Below are positions 56,507 to 64,000 of a stretch of DNA of 64,000 bases, in pieces. The number at the start of each line of letters is the position of its first letter. Position 1 is the stretch's first letter. A program made the translations under genes and the position numbers. The DNA comes from an uncultured Rhodothermales bacterium (GTDB taxonomy: Bacteria > Bacteroidota > Rhodothermia > Rhodothermales > Salinibacteraceae), in NCBI GenBank assembly GCA_964345505.1, contig CAYFRR010000001.1:13322-77321 (forward strand), in the 5' to 3' direction. The notes beneath the pieces are model-generated. The model ran no database searches, was not told the origin of the DNA, and worked only from the letters and a program-made list of their open reading frames with translations.

Positions 56507-57927
56507 TGGTTGTACCTATGGACTTCCTCCCGCAACTTCAGCAAGCCTTACAAAAGGTGCAGGCCTGGCAGGACACGTACGCGTCGTTTGATGCGCATCC
56601 GTCGATGCAGGTGGATGACACCGCGATGGCGCGCGCGATCGATCAGTACACGCGCCGGCTGCGGGGCAACTACCCGTTCTTCCACCCGCGCTATGCCGGG
56701 CAGATGTTGAAGCCGCCGCACCCGGCCGCCATTGTCGGGTACACGGCCGCGATGTGCATCAACCCGAACAACCACGCGCTGGATGGTGGGCCGCCGACCG
56801 GTAAGATGGAGAAGGAGGTGGTCCGCAAGCTCGCGGACATGGTGCACTATCCGGACGGATCGCTTGGCCACCTGACCACGAGCGGGACGCTGGCCAACCT
56901 GGAGGCGCTGTGGGTGGCGCGGGAGCTGCATCCCACGTGGGCGATTGCCATTAGCGACCAGGCGCACTACACCCACGAGCGGATGGCGCAGCTGCTGGGG
57001 GTAGAGACGGTTTCCATCCCTACGGACGCTGCCGGCCGGATGGACCTCGAGGCGCTGGAGCACGCGCTGCAGGAGCACAAGATCGGGACGGTGGTGGTGA
57101 CGGCCGGGACGACCGGGGTAGGGGCGGTCGACCCCATCGCCGATGTGCTGGAGCTGCGGCGGCGCTACGGCTGCCGCATCCATGCCGACGCGGCCTACGG
57201 CGGCTTCTTTGCCCTGCTGGCCTGGGGCGATGCAGACGGCCCGGCAGCGCTTGACGCCGACGTGCGGCATCACCTCCGCGCGCTGGCCCGGTGCGACTCC
57301 GTAGCCATCGACCCGCACAAGCACGGACTGCAACCCTACGGCTGCGGGGCCATCCTCTTTTATGATCGCACGGTAGCGCGCCTCTACAAGCACGACTCGC
57401 CGTACACGTACTTTAGCTCCGACGACCTGCATCTGGGCGAGATCAGCCTCGAATGTTCGCGGGCCGGGGCGGCGGCGGGCGCCCTGTGGCTGACCCTGGA
57501 GGTGCTGCCGCTGGCCGCTGACGAGGGGCTGGGGCCCATCCTGCAGGCGTGTCGGGAGGCGGCTGTGGCCTGGCACGAGCGGCTGGACGCTGCTCCGGAG
57601 GTACAGACGTACCTGCCGCCGGCGCTCGACATCGTGACCTTCTTCCCGACGATCGAATCCCCCACTGCCCGCGCCATTGGGCAGCGCAGCCGGGCCGTGT
57701 TTCAGCAGGCGATGAACAGCAAAGAGGCGCCGCTCTTCCTGAGTCTGCTCGACGTGGAGGCCGAGGCGCTGGCCGAAATTGTCCCGGACTTGACCATCGA
57801 CCAGCCCACCGTGCCTATCCTGCGCAGCGTGCTCATGAAGCCGGAGCATGCCACCCACGTGGATACACTCCACGACGCGCTGCTGCATCATCTGCGGGAG
57901 GTCGAGCAGCCGTCTGCGGCGTCGTAG
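56503..57927 (+). CDS. PLP-dependent group II decarboxylase-family protein
   Basis: TTSGTLANLEALWVAR and AIDPHKHGLQPYGCG (PLP Lys). Start ATG overlaps the lgt stop (ATGA). The ORF-track N-terminal extension to 56110 lies inside lgt. Confidence 0.85.
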   Translation: MMVVPMDFLPQLQQALQKVQAWQDTYASFDAHPSMQVDDTAMARAIDQYTRRLRGNYPFFHPRYAGQMLKPPHPAAIVGYTAAMCINPNNHALDGGPPTGKMEKEVVRKLADMVHYPDGSLGHLTTSGTLANLEALWVARELHPTWAIAISDQAHYTHERMAQLLGVETVSIPTDAAGRMDLEALEHALQEHKIGTVVVTAGTTGVGAVDPIADVLELRRRYGCRIHADAAYGGFFALLAWGDADGPAALDADVRHHLRALARCDSVAIDPHKHGLQPYGCGAILFYDRTVARLYKHDSPYTYFSSDDLHLGEISLECSRAGAAAGALWLTLEVLPLAADEGLGPILQACREAAVAWHERLDAAPEVQTYLPPALDIVTFFPTIESPTARAIGQRSRAVFQQAMNSKEAPLFLSLLDVEAEALAEIVPDLTIDQPTVPILRSVLMKPEHATHVDTLHDALLHHLREVEQPSAAS

Positions 57928-57936
57928 GGTGCACGT

Positions 57937-59106
57937 TCAGGTGTCGGTCGGCAGCGCGTCGAAGAGATGCGGCTGTTGCTGGCGTTCTTCCAATGCTTCA
58001 ATGATGCGCCGGTTGGCCCGAGGGAAGGCGTAGTCGGACAGCGCGTCGATTGACGCCCAGGTCATGGGCACGCCGTCAGGCGGGGTGGGGGTGCCCGCCT
58101 CGATGTGGCACACGAAGGCGTGCATGGTGATCTTAAAGTGCGAATACGCGTGGTCCAGCGTATAAAACGGCGCGTCTACCGCCACCTCGATCTGCAGCTC
58201 TTCCTTCAGCTCGCGGCGGCAGGTTTCCTCCAGCGGCTCATCTGGCTCCTGCTTCCCCCCGGGAAACTCCCACAGCCCGCCCAGCATGGCATCGTCCGGG
58301 CGCTGCTGGATGAGCAGGCGTCCGTCGTCGTCGAACACGAGCCCTACCGCAATCTCATAGTGCGGCACCGGTGGTTTTTTCGACTTTACGGGGTAGCGAT
58401 CCTGTAGCGCTTGGGCTTTCGCTTCGCACACGTCGGCCAGCGGACACGCGGCACACTGTGGCGCGCGTGGGGTGCAGATGAGCGCGCCCAGCTCCATCAC
58501 CGCCTGGTTGTAGGTGCCGGGGTCAGTGGGGGCGAGCAGCGCATCGGCAAGGTCCTGCAGCAGCCGTTTGGTGCGGCTGGACCGCACATCGTCCTCGATA
58601 GCGAACACCCGCGCCAACACCCGCATGACGTTGCCATCAAGCACCGCGTGGGGCTTGTCAAAGGCGATGGACAGCACAGCGGCTGCGGTGTAGGGGCCGA
58701 TGCCTTTGAGGGCACGGATCTCGTCGTAGGTGGCAGGGACGGTGCCGTCATGCACCTCCACGACGTGCTGCGCTGCGGCATGCAGGTGGCGCGCCCGGGA
58801 GTAGTAGCCCAGGCCCTCCCAGGCCTGCAGCACCTCATCCTGCGACGCCGCAGCCAATGCCTCCACCGTAGGAAACGCCTCCATAAAACGGTTGAAGTAC
58901 GGTTCGGCCTGATCCACCCGCGTCTGCTGCAGCATGATCTCTGAGACCCAGATGCGGTACGGATCGCCAGAGGCCCGCCACGGCATGACGCGCTTGTGGT
59001 CCTCGTACCACGCGACCAGCGCGTTATGAAAGGCGTCGTGGTGCCGGTCGCTGAGGAGCGTCGACGGATCTTCAGGTAGGATACGGCCGGGGGAATCAGA
59101 TGCCAC
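57937..59106 (-). CDS. mutY: A/G-specific adenine DNA glycosylase MutY
   Basis: VSEIMLQQTRV, GLGYYSRAR, Fe-S Cys cluster CTPRAPQCAACPLADVC, C-terminal NUDIX-like domain. Confidence 0.9.
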   Translation of the reverse strand: MASDSPGRILPEDPSTLLSDRHHDAFHNALVAWYEDHKRVMPWRASGDPYRIWVSEIMLQQTRVDQAEPYFNRFMEAFPTVEALAAASQDEVLQAWEGLGYYSRARHLHAAAQHVVEVHDGTVPATYDEIRALKGIGPYTAAAVLSIAFDKPHAVLDGNVMRVLARVFAIEDDVRSSRTKRLLQDLADALLAPTDPGTYNQAVMELGALICTPRAPQCAACPLADVCEAKAQALQDRYPVKSKKPPVPHYEIAVGLVFDDDGRLLIQQRPDDAMLGGLWEFPGGKQEPDEPLEETCRRELKEELQIEVAVDAPFYTLDHAYSHFKITMHAFVCHIEAGTPTPPDGVPMTWASIDALSDYAFPRANRRIIEALEERQQQPHLFDALPTDT

Positions 59107-59269
59107 GAGGGAAGGAGGTTGGGGAGCAAAACACGACAGGCAGGCTCAACCAAAGGCGTACCGGTCGGTTCGGCGGTGAACGGCTTCGTAACGAGGAACG
59201 CCTGTCCGCACCGGTGCGTCCCTACCGGCACACCCCATCGATGTGCTTACCACTCGTCTTTCCTGTCGC

Positions 59270-59986
59270 ATGGTCACATATTTTTACGCCCCACCCTCGG
59301 CGTTCCGGGGGGCTTACGTGACGCTCCCAGCCGATGAAGCCGCCCATGCGCGGAAGGTGCTTCGTGTCCGGGCCGGCGACACCATCGCCGTGATTGATGG
59401 GCAGGGCGGATGGTATCAGGTAGCCGTCGATGTGGCCGAGCGGGATCATCTGGCCGGCCAGGTGGTGGCGTCGGAGCAGGCGCATGGCGAGCCGTCCTAC
59501 CAGCTTACCCTTGCGGTGGGCCTGCTGAAGCAACGCAGCCGGTGGGAGACGCTGCTGGAAAAGTGCACGGAGCTGGGCGTGCATGCTATCCTTCCCCTGA
59601 CGACCGACCATGGCGAGAAGGCAACCCTGCGCCGCGACCGATGCGAGCGCGTGCTGATAGCCGCCATGAAACAGAGCAAGCGGTCGTGGCTTCCTGCTCT
59701 GCACGATCCGCTACCAGCCGTGGAGGCGCTGCGGCAACAGGCCGATGCCCCTGGGCTCATCGCCACAATGGACGCCCCGGCTGACGCGCATCCACTGGCC
59801 GTCCTGAAGACCCGGTCTGCGGGCTCGCTCGTGGCCTTCATAGGTCCCGAAGCTGGGTTCTCGGCGGACGAACGGGCGGAGGCCCAGGCGCTGGGCTATA
59901 CGCCAGTCTCCCTCGGCCGCCGGCGGCTTCGGGCCGAAACAGCGGCGATTACCATGACGGCGGCCTGCGCGCTAACATTTCCGTAA
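59270..59986 (+). CDS. rsmE: 16S rRNA (uracil1498-N3)-methyltransferase RsmE
   Basis: HARKVLRVRAGD and FIGPEAGFSADE. Start at MVTYFYAP (59270). Confidence 0.85.
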   Translation: MVTYFYAPPSAFRGAYVTLPADEAAHARKVLRVRAGDTIAVIDGQGGWYQVAVDVAERDHLAGQVVASEQAHGEPSYQLTLAVGLLKQRSRWETLLEKCTELGVHAILPLTTDHGEKATLRRDRCERVLIAAMKQSKRSWLPALHDPLPAVEALRQQADAPGLIATMDAPADAHPLAVLKTRSAGSLVAFIGPEAGFSADERAEAQALGYTPVSLGRRRLRAETAAITMTAACALTFP

Positions 59987-60048
59987 CCCGGCGATGACCG
60001 CGTCCCCCCTCTTTTTCTCTTGCATCCACGTTTTTCTGCTTCCCCATT

Positions 60049-60597
60049 ATGAGCACGCTCACCGAAACCCCACTCCAGTCGGATCAGCTTGTTGATGGCG
60101 CGCTCCTTAAGGTATACCGCGACACCGTGCAACTGCCGGACGAATCTACGGGGGTGCGGGAGTGGATCGACCATCCGGGGGCGTCCGCCGTGGTGCCGCT
60201 CTTTGAGGATGGGTCCGTCTTGCTTATCGAGCAGTTCCGCTACCCCCCACGCCGGACGTTTCTGGAGGTGCCGGCGGGCAAGATCGACCAGCCGGACGAG
60301 GATCCGGCAGCGGTGGCGGCGCGAGAGCTTGAAGAGGAGACGGGGTGGCGGGCAGGGGCTTTCACTAAGCTCTCGTCGCTCTACCCCTGCATCGGGTATA
60401 GCAACGAGATCATCCACTTCTTTCTCGCCCGAGACTTGACAAAGGGCACGCAGGACCTGAGCGAAGGGGAGCACGTGGAGGTTGTCCGCATGCCGTTTCG
60501 CGAAGCGGTAAAACGTGCCCAGCGAGGCGAGATAAAAGACATGAAGTCGGCCATGGCCCTGACCCTCGCTCAGCAGTTTCTTCACGCTGGGGCGTAA
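60049..60597 (+). CDS. NUDIX hydrolase (ADP-ribose pyrophosphatase-like)
   Basis: Nudix box GKIDQPDEDPAAVAARELEEETGW. Confidence 0.85.
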   Translation: MSTLTETPLQSDQLVDGALLKVYRDTVQLPDESTGVREWIDHPGASAVVPLFEDGSVLLIEQFRYPPRRTFLEVPAGKIDQPDEDPAAVAARELEEETGWRAGAFTKLSSLYPCIGYSNEIIHFFLARDLTKGTQDLSEGEHVEVVRMPFREAVKRAQRGEIKDMKSAMALTLAQQFLHAGA

Positions 60598-60701
60598 CAG
60601 GAGCGAAACGTCGTCCTGCCGCTGGCGTTTTCACCTACTTAACATTGCATCATGGGCATGCTGATCGCCCACCTGTTCCTCCCAGATTTCCGCTTTCGGT
60701 C

Positions 60702-61070
60702 ATGTTTTTCTTCATCTCGTTGATTGTCATTATCGCCTTTATCGGGCTTGCGCTCATCGCTTCGGTGCTGATGCAGGCTGGAAAAGGAGGCGGGCTTGCC
60801 GGTATTGGAGGCGGCGGAGCGGCTGGTGCGGCACAGCAGATTCTTGGAGCCCGTCAGGCCCCAGACATTCTGGAAAAGGCCACCTGGACGATGGCGACGT
60901 TGTTCATCGTGCTGGCCATCATGACGAACTTTGCGATCCCGCAGGAGGAAGCAGGTAGCGTCATTCAGCAGCGCGGCGACGCGGTGCCGCAGCAGCAAAT
61001 GCCGGCTCCTCTGGAGCAGCAGGATGATGCTGCGCCGTTGACGCCCCCGGACGATGGCGAGCAGCAGTAG
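60702..61070 (+). CDS. secG: preprotein translocase subunit SecG (with extended polar C-terminal tail)
   Basis: MFFFISLIVIIAFIGLALIASVLMQAGKGGGLAGIGGG, typical SecG. Start at the ATG at 60702. Confidence 0.85.
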   Translation: MFFFISLIVIIAFIGLALIASVLMQAGKGGGLAGIGGGGAAGAAQQILGARQAPDILEKATWTMATLFIVLAIMTNFAIPQEEAGSVIQQRGDAVPQQQMPAPLEQQDDAAPLTPPDDGEQQ

Positions 61071-61124
61071 GCCCAACGACAGGCTCAGACCAGCTGCTGC
61101 ATATTAAAATCTATTGCATATATG

Positions 61125-61161
61125 AAACGGCTCCGCCCCTACTGAGGACGGAGCCGTTTTG
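61125..61161 (+). terminator. intrinsic terminator downstream of secG
   Basis: aaacggctccg-13 nt loop-cggagccgtttt. Confidence 0.7.
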
Positions 61162-61173
61162 CATACGAGCGAT

Positions 61174-61612
61174 GTGTGCCGATCGATAAGCCGAATTCTG
61201 TGCCGTGGTGCGGGTATCGCCGACCCGGCAGCACGGCGGTAATCATTTATCTGGGACGGCCGTTGCCGACCGCCTCAAGCAACCTACCCGCGTTGCGGTT
61301 GAGCGGGCCGCCTATCCGGTGCCTCCATGGGAGGACCGGTGCAACGCTGTTTGGTCTTACACCCCGTGGGGTTTGCCCAGCCGCTGCGGTTACCCGCCGC
61401 GCTGGTGAGCTCTTACCTCACCCTTTCACCCATCACCTGTACCCCGGCGAACCGGGGCCATCGGCTGGTCTGCTCTCTGTTGCACGTGCCGTCCCCGCCG
61501 AAGCGAGGCTCCCGAGATTGTCGGGACACGGTGCCCTGTGGTGTTCGGACTTTCCTCATGCCGGGCCTACATAAACGCAGGTCCCGGGCACGCGATTACC
61601 TGATTGACACAC
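61174..61612 (-). ncRNA. rnpB: RNase P RNA, bacterial type A
   Basis: The reverse complement contains, in canonical order, GAGGAAAGTCCGAACAC, CAACAGAGAGCAGACCAGCCGATGGCC, GGGTGAAAGGGTGAGGTAAGAGCTCACC and ACAGAATTCGGCTTATCG. These match the conserved E. coli M1 RNA blocks from memory. Ends are approximate. Confidence 0.88.
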
Positions 61613-61687
61613 GCTAATGTAACGTCCCGAGGTGGGAGAGGTGCCTGAACAGGTCGCGCCCAAGTCGCTGCTTTTCTATGGGCACGC

Positions 61688-62455
61688 CTACAGGTCCATG
61701 TTCTCGACAGTCTCGTTGTAGAGATCCTCATCCACAATCACGCGGCCGGTGTGCTCACATGCCACGATCCGTTTGCGCTGGCGGATCTCCATTTGCCGCT
61801 GGGGAGGCACAGCAAAGCCGGCCGCAGCGCCGCGTTTCAGCGGTACCACCGCCCGTCCATCCCGCAGCCGGTCCCGCAGCCGCGTGTAAGCGCGCACGTA
61901 GCGGTCATCTACGGCATCCTCTGCCTCCTCGCGCAGCGCCTCCAGTTCCTTCTGCTCCTGCTTAGTGTCCTCGAGAACGCTTTCCAAATCTTCTTTCTTC
62001 TCGTCCAGCAGGTTGGATAGATCATTCAGGCGTTCCTTGGCTTCGGTAATCGTCTCCTCGTATCCTTCGGAAGCCTTATCTACTTCTTCGATGACCGCCT
62101 CCGCCTCCGTAGTGCGCTGCTTCTGGGCCTCAATCTCCTTGGTGAGCGCATCGTACTCCCGGTTGTTGCGGACCTGCAGCTGCTGCTCCTCATACTTCTT
62201 GATGAGCTGCTCGGCCTCCTTGATGTCCTTCTCGGCTTGCTTCTTTCGGGCCTCGTTTTCCTCCCGTTCCGCTTCGATGTTGCTGATGCGAGTAGCGAGG
62301 CCTTCCTTTTCGTCCTCCAGATCGCGGATTTCTTCCGGCAGGTCGCCCTGCAGCTTCTTGATCTGATCGCCGCGGTTGTCGATGTGCTGAAGGCGAATCA
62401 GGGCGCGCAGCTGTTCAGCCGTTGAGCTGGGCTGTTCTTTTGTCTTCGTGGCCAT
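61688..62455 (-). CDS. COG1579/DUF164-type coiled-coil protein (zinc-ribbon Cys not evident)
   Basis: LIRLQHIDNRGDQIKKLQGDLPEEI.. followed by a long coiled coil. The C-terminal region has only one Cys. Confidence 0.7.
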   Translation of the reverse strand: MATKTKEQPSSTAEQLRALIRLQHIDNRGDQIKKLQGDLPEEIRDLEDEKEGLATRISNIEAEREENEARKKQAEKDIKEAEQLIKKYEEQQLQVRNNREYDALTKEIEAQKQRTTEAEAVIEEVDKASEGYEETITEAKERLNDLSNLLDEKKEDLESVLEDTKQEQKELEALREEAEDAVDDRYVRAYTRLRDRLRDGRAVVPLKRGAAAGFAVPPQRQMEIRQRKRIVACEHTGRVIVDEDLYNETVENMDL

Positions 62456-62741
62456 AGGGTAGTTTCAGTTCAGTCGCGGTAATCATTACTATATATCCAA
62501 TCAAAAATAACGACAGGGACCGGTCAAAGTTTTGACAAGCCTCATGAAGCCCTGGTGTGCCGAGTCGTACAGCGGGGCACGTCCGACGGGGTAGCGGCTA
62601 TTCTTTTCAGTTTGATAATCTGTAAACCGTTTTATTGTCGCTCTGCGTTCTTGCGTAGGAGCGCACCCGGTAAACGTAGACGCCGTTGCTGCGTCTTACT
62701 CCATATCATGCGTATCTCTTCCCAACACCATCGCCACGTTC

Positions 62742-64000
62742 ATGTCTACCGCCCCCACTGATGCATCCGCCCGCTCCGGAGTTAATCGCCGATCCTTTTT
62801 GAAGACGGGGGCCCTTGGGTCACTCTTTCTCGGCTCCGGCGCCTTTGCCCATGGCGGGCAGGCGGCGACCACCGACACCGACCGCATCACCCACGCGGGC
62901 GACGCCAAAAACGTTATTTTCTTAGTGAGCGACGGCATGAGTATCGGAACGCTGTGCATGGCGGACCTGCTGCTGAGCCGGCGGGACGGGCGCCACTGCA
63001 ACTGGGGGCAGCTCTATCAGGACGACCGTGCGCGGCAGGGACTGATGGATATGGCCTCGTTGAATTCTATTGTAACGGGCTCGGCTGCCGCCGCCTCGTC
63101 GTGGGGATCTGGCCATCGGGTCAATAACACCGCGGTCAACATGAGCCCGGACGGGGAGGTCTATCGGACCATCTGCGAAATCTTTCGTGATGCTGGCAAA
63201 GGCACCGGCCTTGTGACGACGGCTCGGATGACGCATGCCACGCCGGCCGGGTTTGGCATCAATATGGAGGAACGGTGGTCGGAGGATGCCATTGCCGAAC
63301 AGTACCTGGAGCGCGCATACGACGTCCTGCTGGGCGGAGGGGCGCGCCACTTTGATGCTGACCGGCGGGACGACGGCATCGACCTCTTTGGTGGATTTCG
63401 GGAGCAAGGATACACTGTGGCGCGCACGAAAGCCGACCTTATGAACTGGAATGCCCAGGGCCGCATCCTGGGCACGTTCTTCGACAGCCACGTGCCCTAC
63501 ACGCTGGATCACATCAACACGCCGGAATTTGCCCGCGACATCCCTACGCTGGCAGAGATGACGGACCGCGCGCTGGAGCGGCTCTCGGAAAACGACAATG
63601 GCTTCATTCTGCAGGTGGAGGGCGGTCGGGTAGACCACGCTGCGCACAGCAACGACTCGGCGGGTCTCGTCTACGACCAGATCGCGTTTGACGATGCCAT
63701 CGGCCGGGCGCTGGCCTTTGCGGAGGGGCGCGATGATACGCTCATCATCATCGCCTCTGACCACGGCAACGCCAACCCGGGTGTCAACGGCATCGGCGAC
63801 GGCTATTCCGATTCTAATGCCATGTTCGACACGTTACAGGACATGAAGTACACCAACAACTGGATTCTCGCCCAGCTGGATGAGCAGAGCACGTACCGCG
63901 AGATTCAGGAGACGGTGGAGGAAGCCTGGCAATTCCCCATCACCCGCCGGCAGGCGCACATCCTCCAAGAAGCGCTGCGGGGGACGTTTCAGGCCGTCTA
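62742..64000 (+). CDS. alkaline phosphatase family protein with Tat signal (3' end outside window)
   Basis: Read from the DNA: MSTAPTDASARSGVNRRSFLKTGALGSLFLGSGAFA.., then VIFLVSDGMS, TGSAAAAS, VEGGRVDHAAH and IIIASDHGN. No stop before base 64000, so it is absent from the ORF track. Confidence 0.85.
   Translation, partial: MSTAPTDASARSGVNRRSFLKTGALGSLFLGSGAFAHGGQAATTDTDRITHAGDAKNVIFLVSDGMSIGTLCMADLLLSRRDGRHCNWGQLYQDDRARQGLMDMASLNSIVTGSAAAASSWGSGHRVNNTAVNMSPDGEVYRTICEIFRDAGKGTGLVTTARMTHATPAGFGINMEERWSEDAIAEQYLERAYDVLLGGGARHFDADRRDDGIDLFGGFREQGYTVARTKADLMNWNAQGRILGTFFDSHVPYTLDHINTPEFARDIPTLAEMTDRALERLSENDNGFILQVEGGRVDHAAHSNDSAGLVYDQIAFDDAIGRALAFAEGRDDTLIIIASDHGNANPGVNGIGDGYSDSNAMFDTLQDMKYTNNWILAQLDEQSTYREIQETVEEAWQFPITRRQAHILQEALRGTFQAV

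Noticed and set aside
56548-57891. 447-aa minus-strand ORF
   Set aside because: It lies antisense to the PLP decarboxylase gene. It is Arg/Gly/His-rich with no recognisable domain.
61176-61617. Three overlapping plus-strand ORFs (132, 67 and 96 aa)
   Set aside because: The region is occupied by RNase P RNA on the minus strand, with the conserved type A sequence blocks present in order.
62922-63764. 280-aa minus-strand ORF
   Set aside because: It lies antisense to the alkaline phosphatase gene. That gene is missing from the ORF track only because it has no stop inside the window.
1-64000. Search for CRISPR arrays, tRNA or rRNA genes, transposases, integrases, phage or defence-system genes
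   Set aside because: No regularly spaced repeats, no cloverleaf-like intergenic sequences and no recombinase or defence-type motifs were seen in any ORF translation. tRNAscan-SE, Infernal and a defence-system profile search would be the decisive checks.

Overview
High-GC, densely coding bacterial chromosomal window: about 62 protein genes and one RNase P RNA. Many proteins are acidic with D/E-rich C-terminal tails, which suggests a halophile, possibly a Salinibacter/Rhodothermia-like Bacteroidota; this taxonomic guess is tentative and cannot be verified here. I recognised no rRNA, tRNA, CRISPR array, transposase, integrase or phage genes, so this looks like core genome rather than an accessory island. 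Content, left to right: (1) a convergent patatin gene, then a minus-strand block of ArsA(HSP20)-type ATPase, HMG-CoA-reductase-like enzyme with an extra N-terminal domain, acyl-CoA ligase, ABC1/UbiB kinase and acyltransferase; (2) moaC, a hypothetical gene, a CNNM/CorC transporter and enoyl-CoA hydratase; (3) a PspA/IM30 module made of PspA, a truncated PspA paralog and a 2-TM coiled-coil protein; (4) zupT bracketed by roughly 150-200 nt direct repeats that include a decayed copy of the 3' end of deoA; (5) deoA and L31; (6) a roughly 9.6 kb minus-strand block with two photolyase-family genes, one of them an Fe-S (6-4)-type, several redox enzymes, a ferredoxin, a GAF protein and a GNAT; (7) a fasciclin gene; (8) a sulfide/persulfide detoxification island with ArsR, YeeE/YedE, a persulfide dioxygenase (PDO)-rhodanese fusion and SulP facing a DUF1641, sulfide:quinone oxidoreductase (SQR), small ORF, DsrE-like and AlsD-like operon; (9) an orphan multi-PAS/GAF histidine kinase and YigZ; (10) a cbb3 oxidase cluster ccoS-N-O-P-I; (11) housekeeping genes rnhA, obg, dprA, class V aminotransferase, rluD, ptsN-like, hisS, lgt, PLP decarboxylase, mutY, rsmE, NUDIX, secG, rnpB, a COG1579 protein and a 3'-truncated Tat-exported alkaline phosphatase. 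No clear-cut novel system stands out. The candidates most worth follow-up are the three-gene PspA module, the HMGR-like lipid block, the repeat-flanked zupT, the predicted catalytically atypical SDR and alpha/beta-hydrolase in the photolyase block, and the exported DsrE-like and AlsD-like pair with the triple-repeat DUF1641 protein next to SQR. Functions are inferred from motifs read in the supplied translations. No database search was run.
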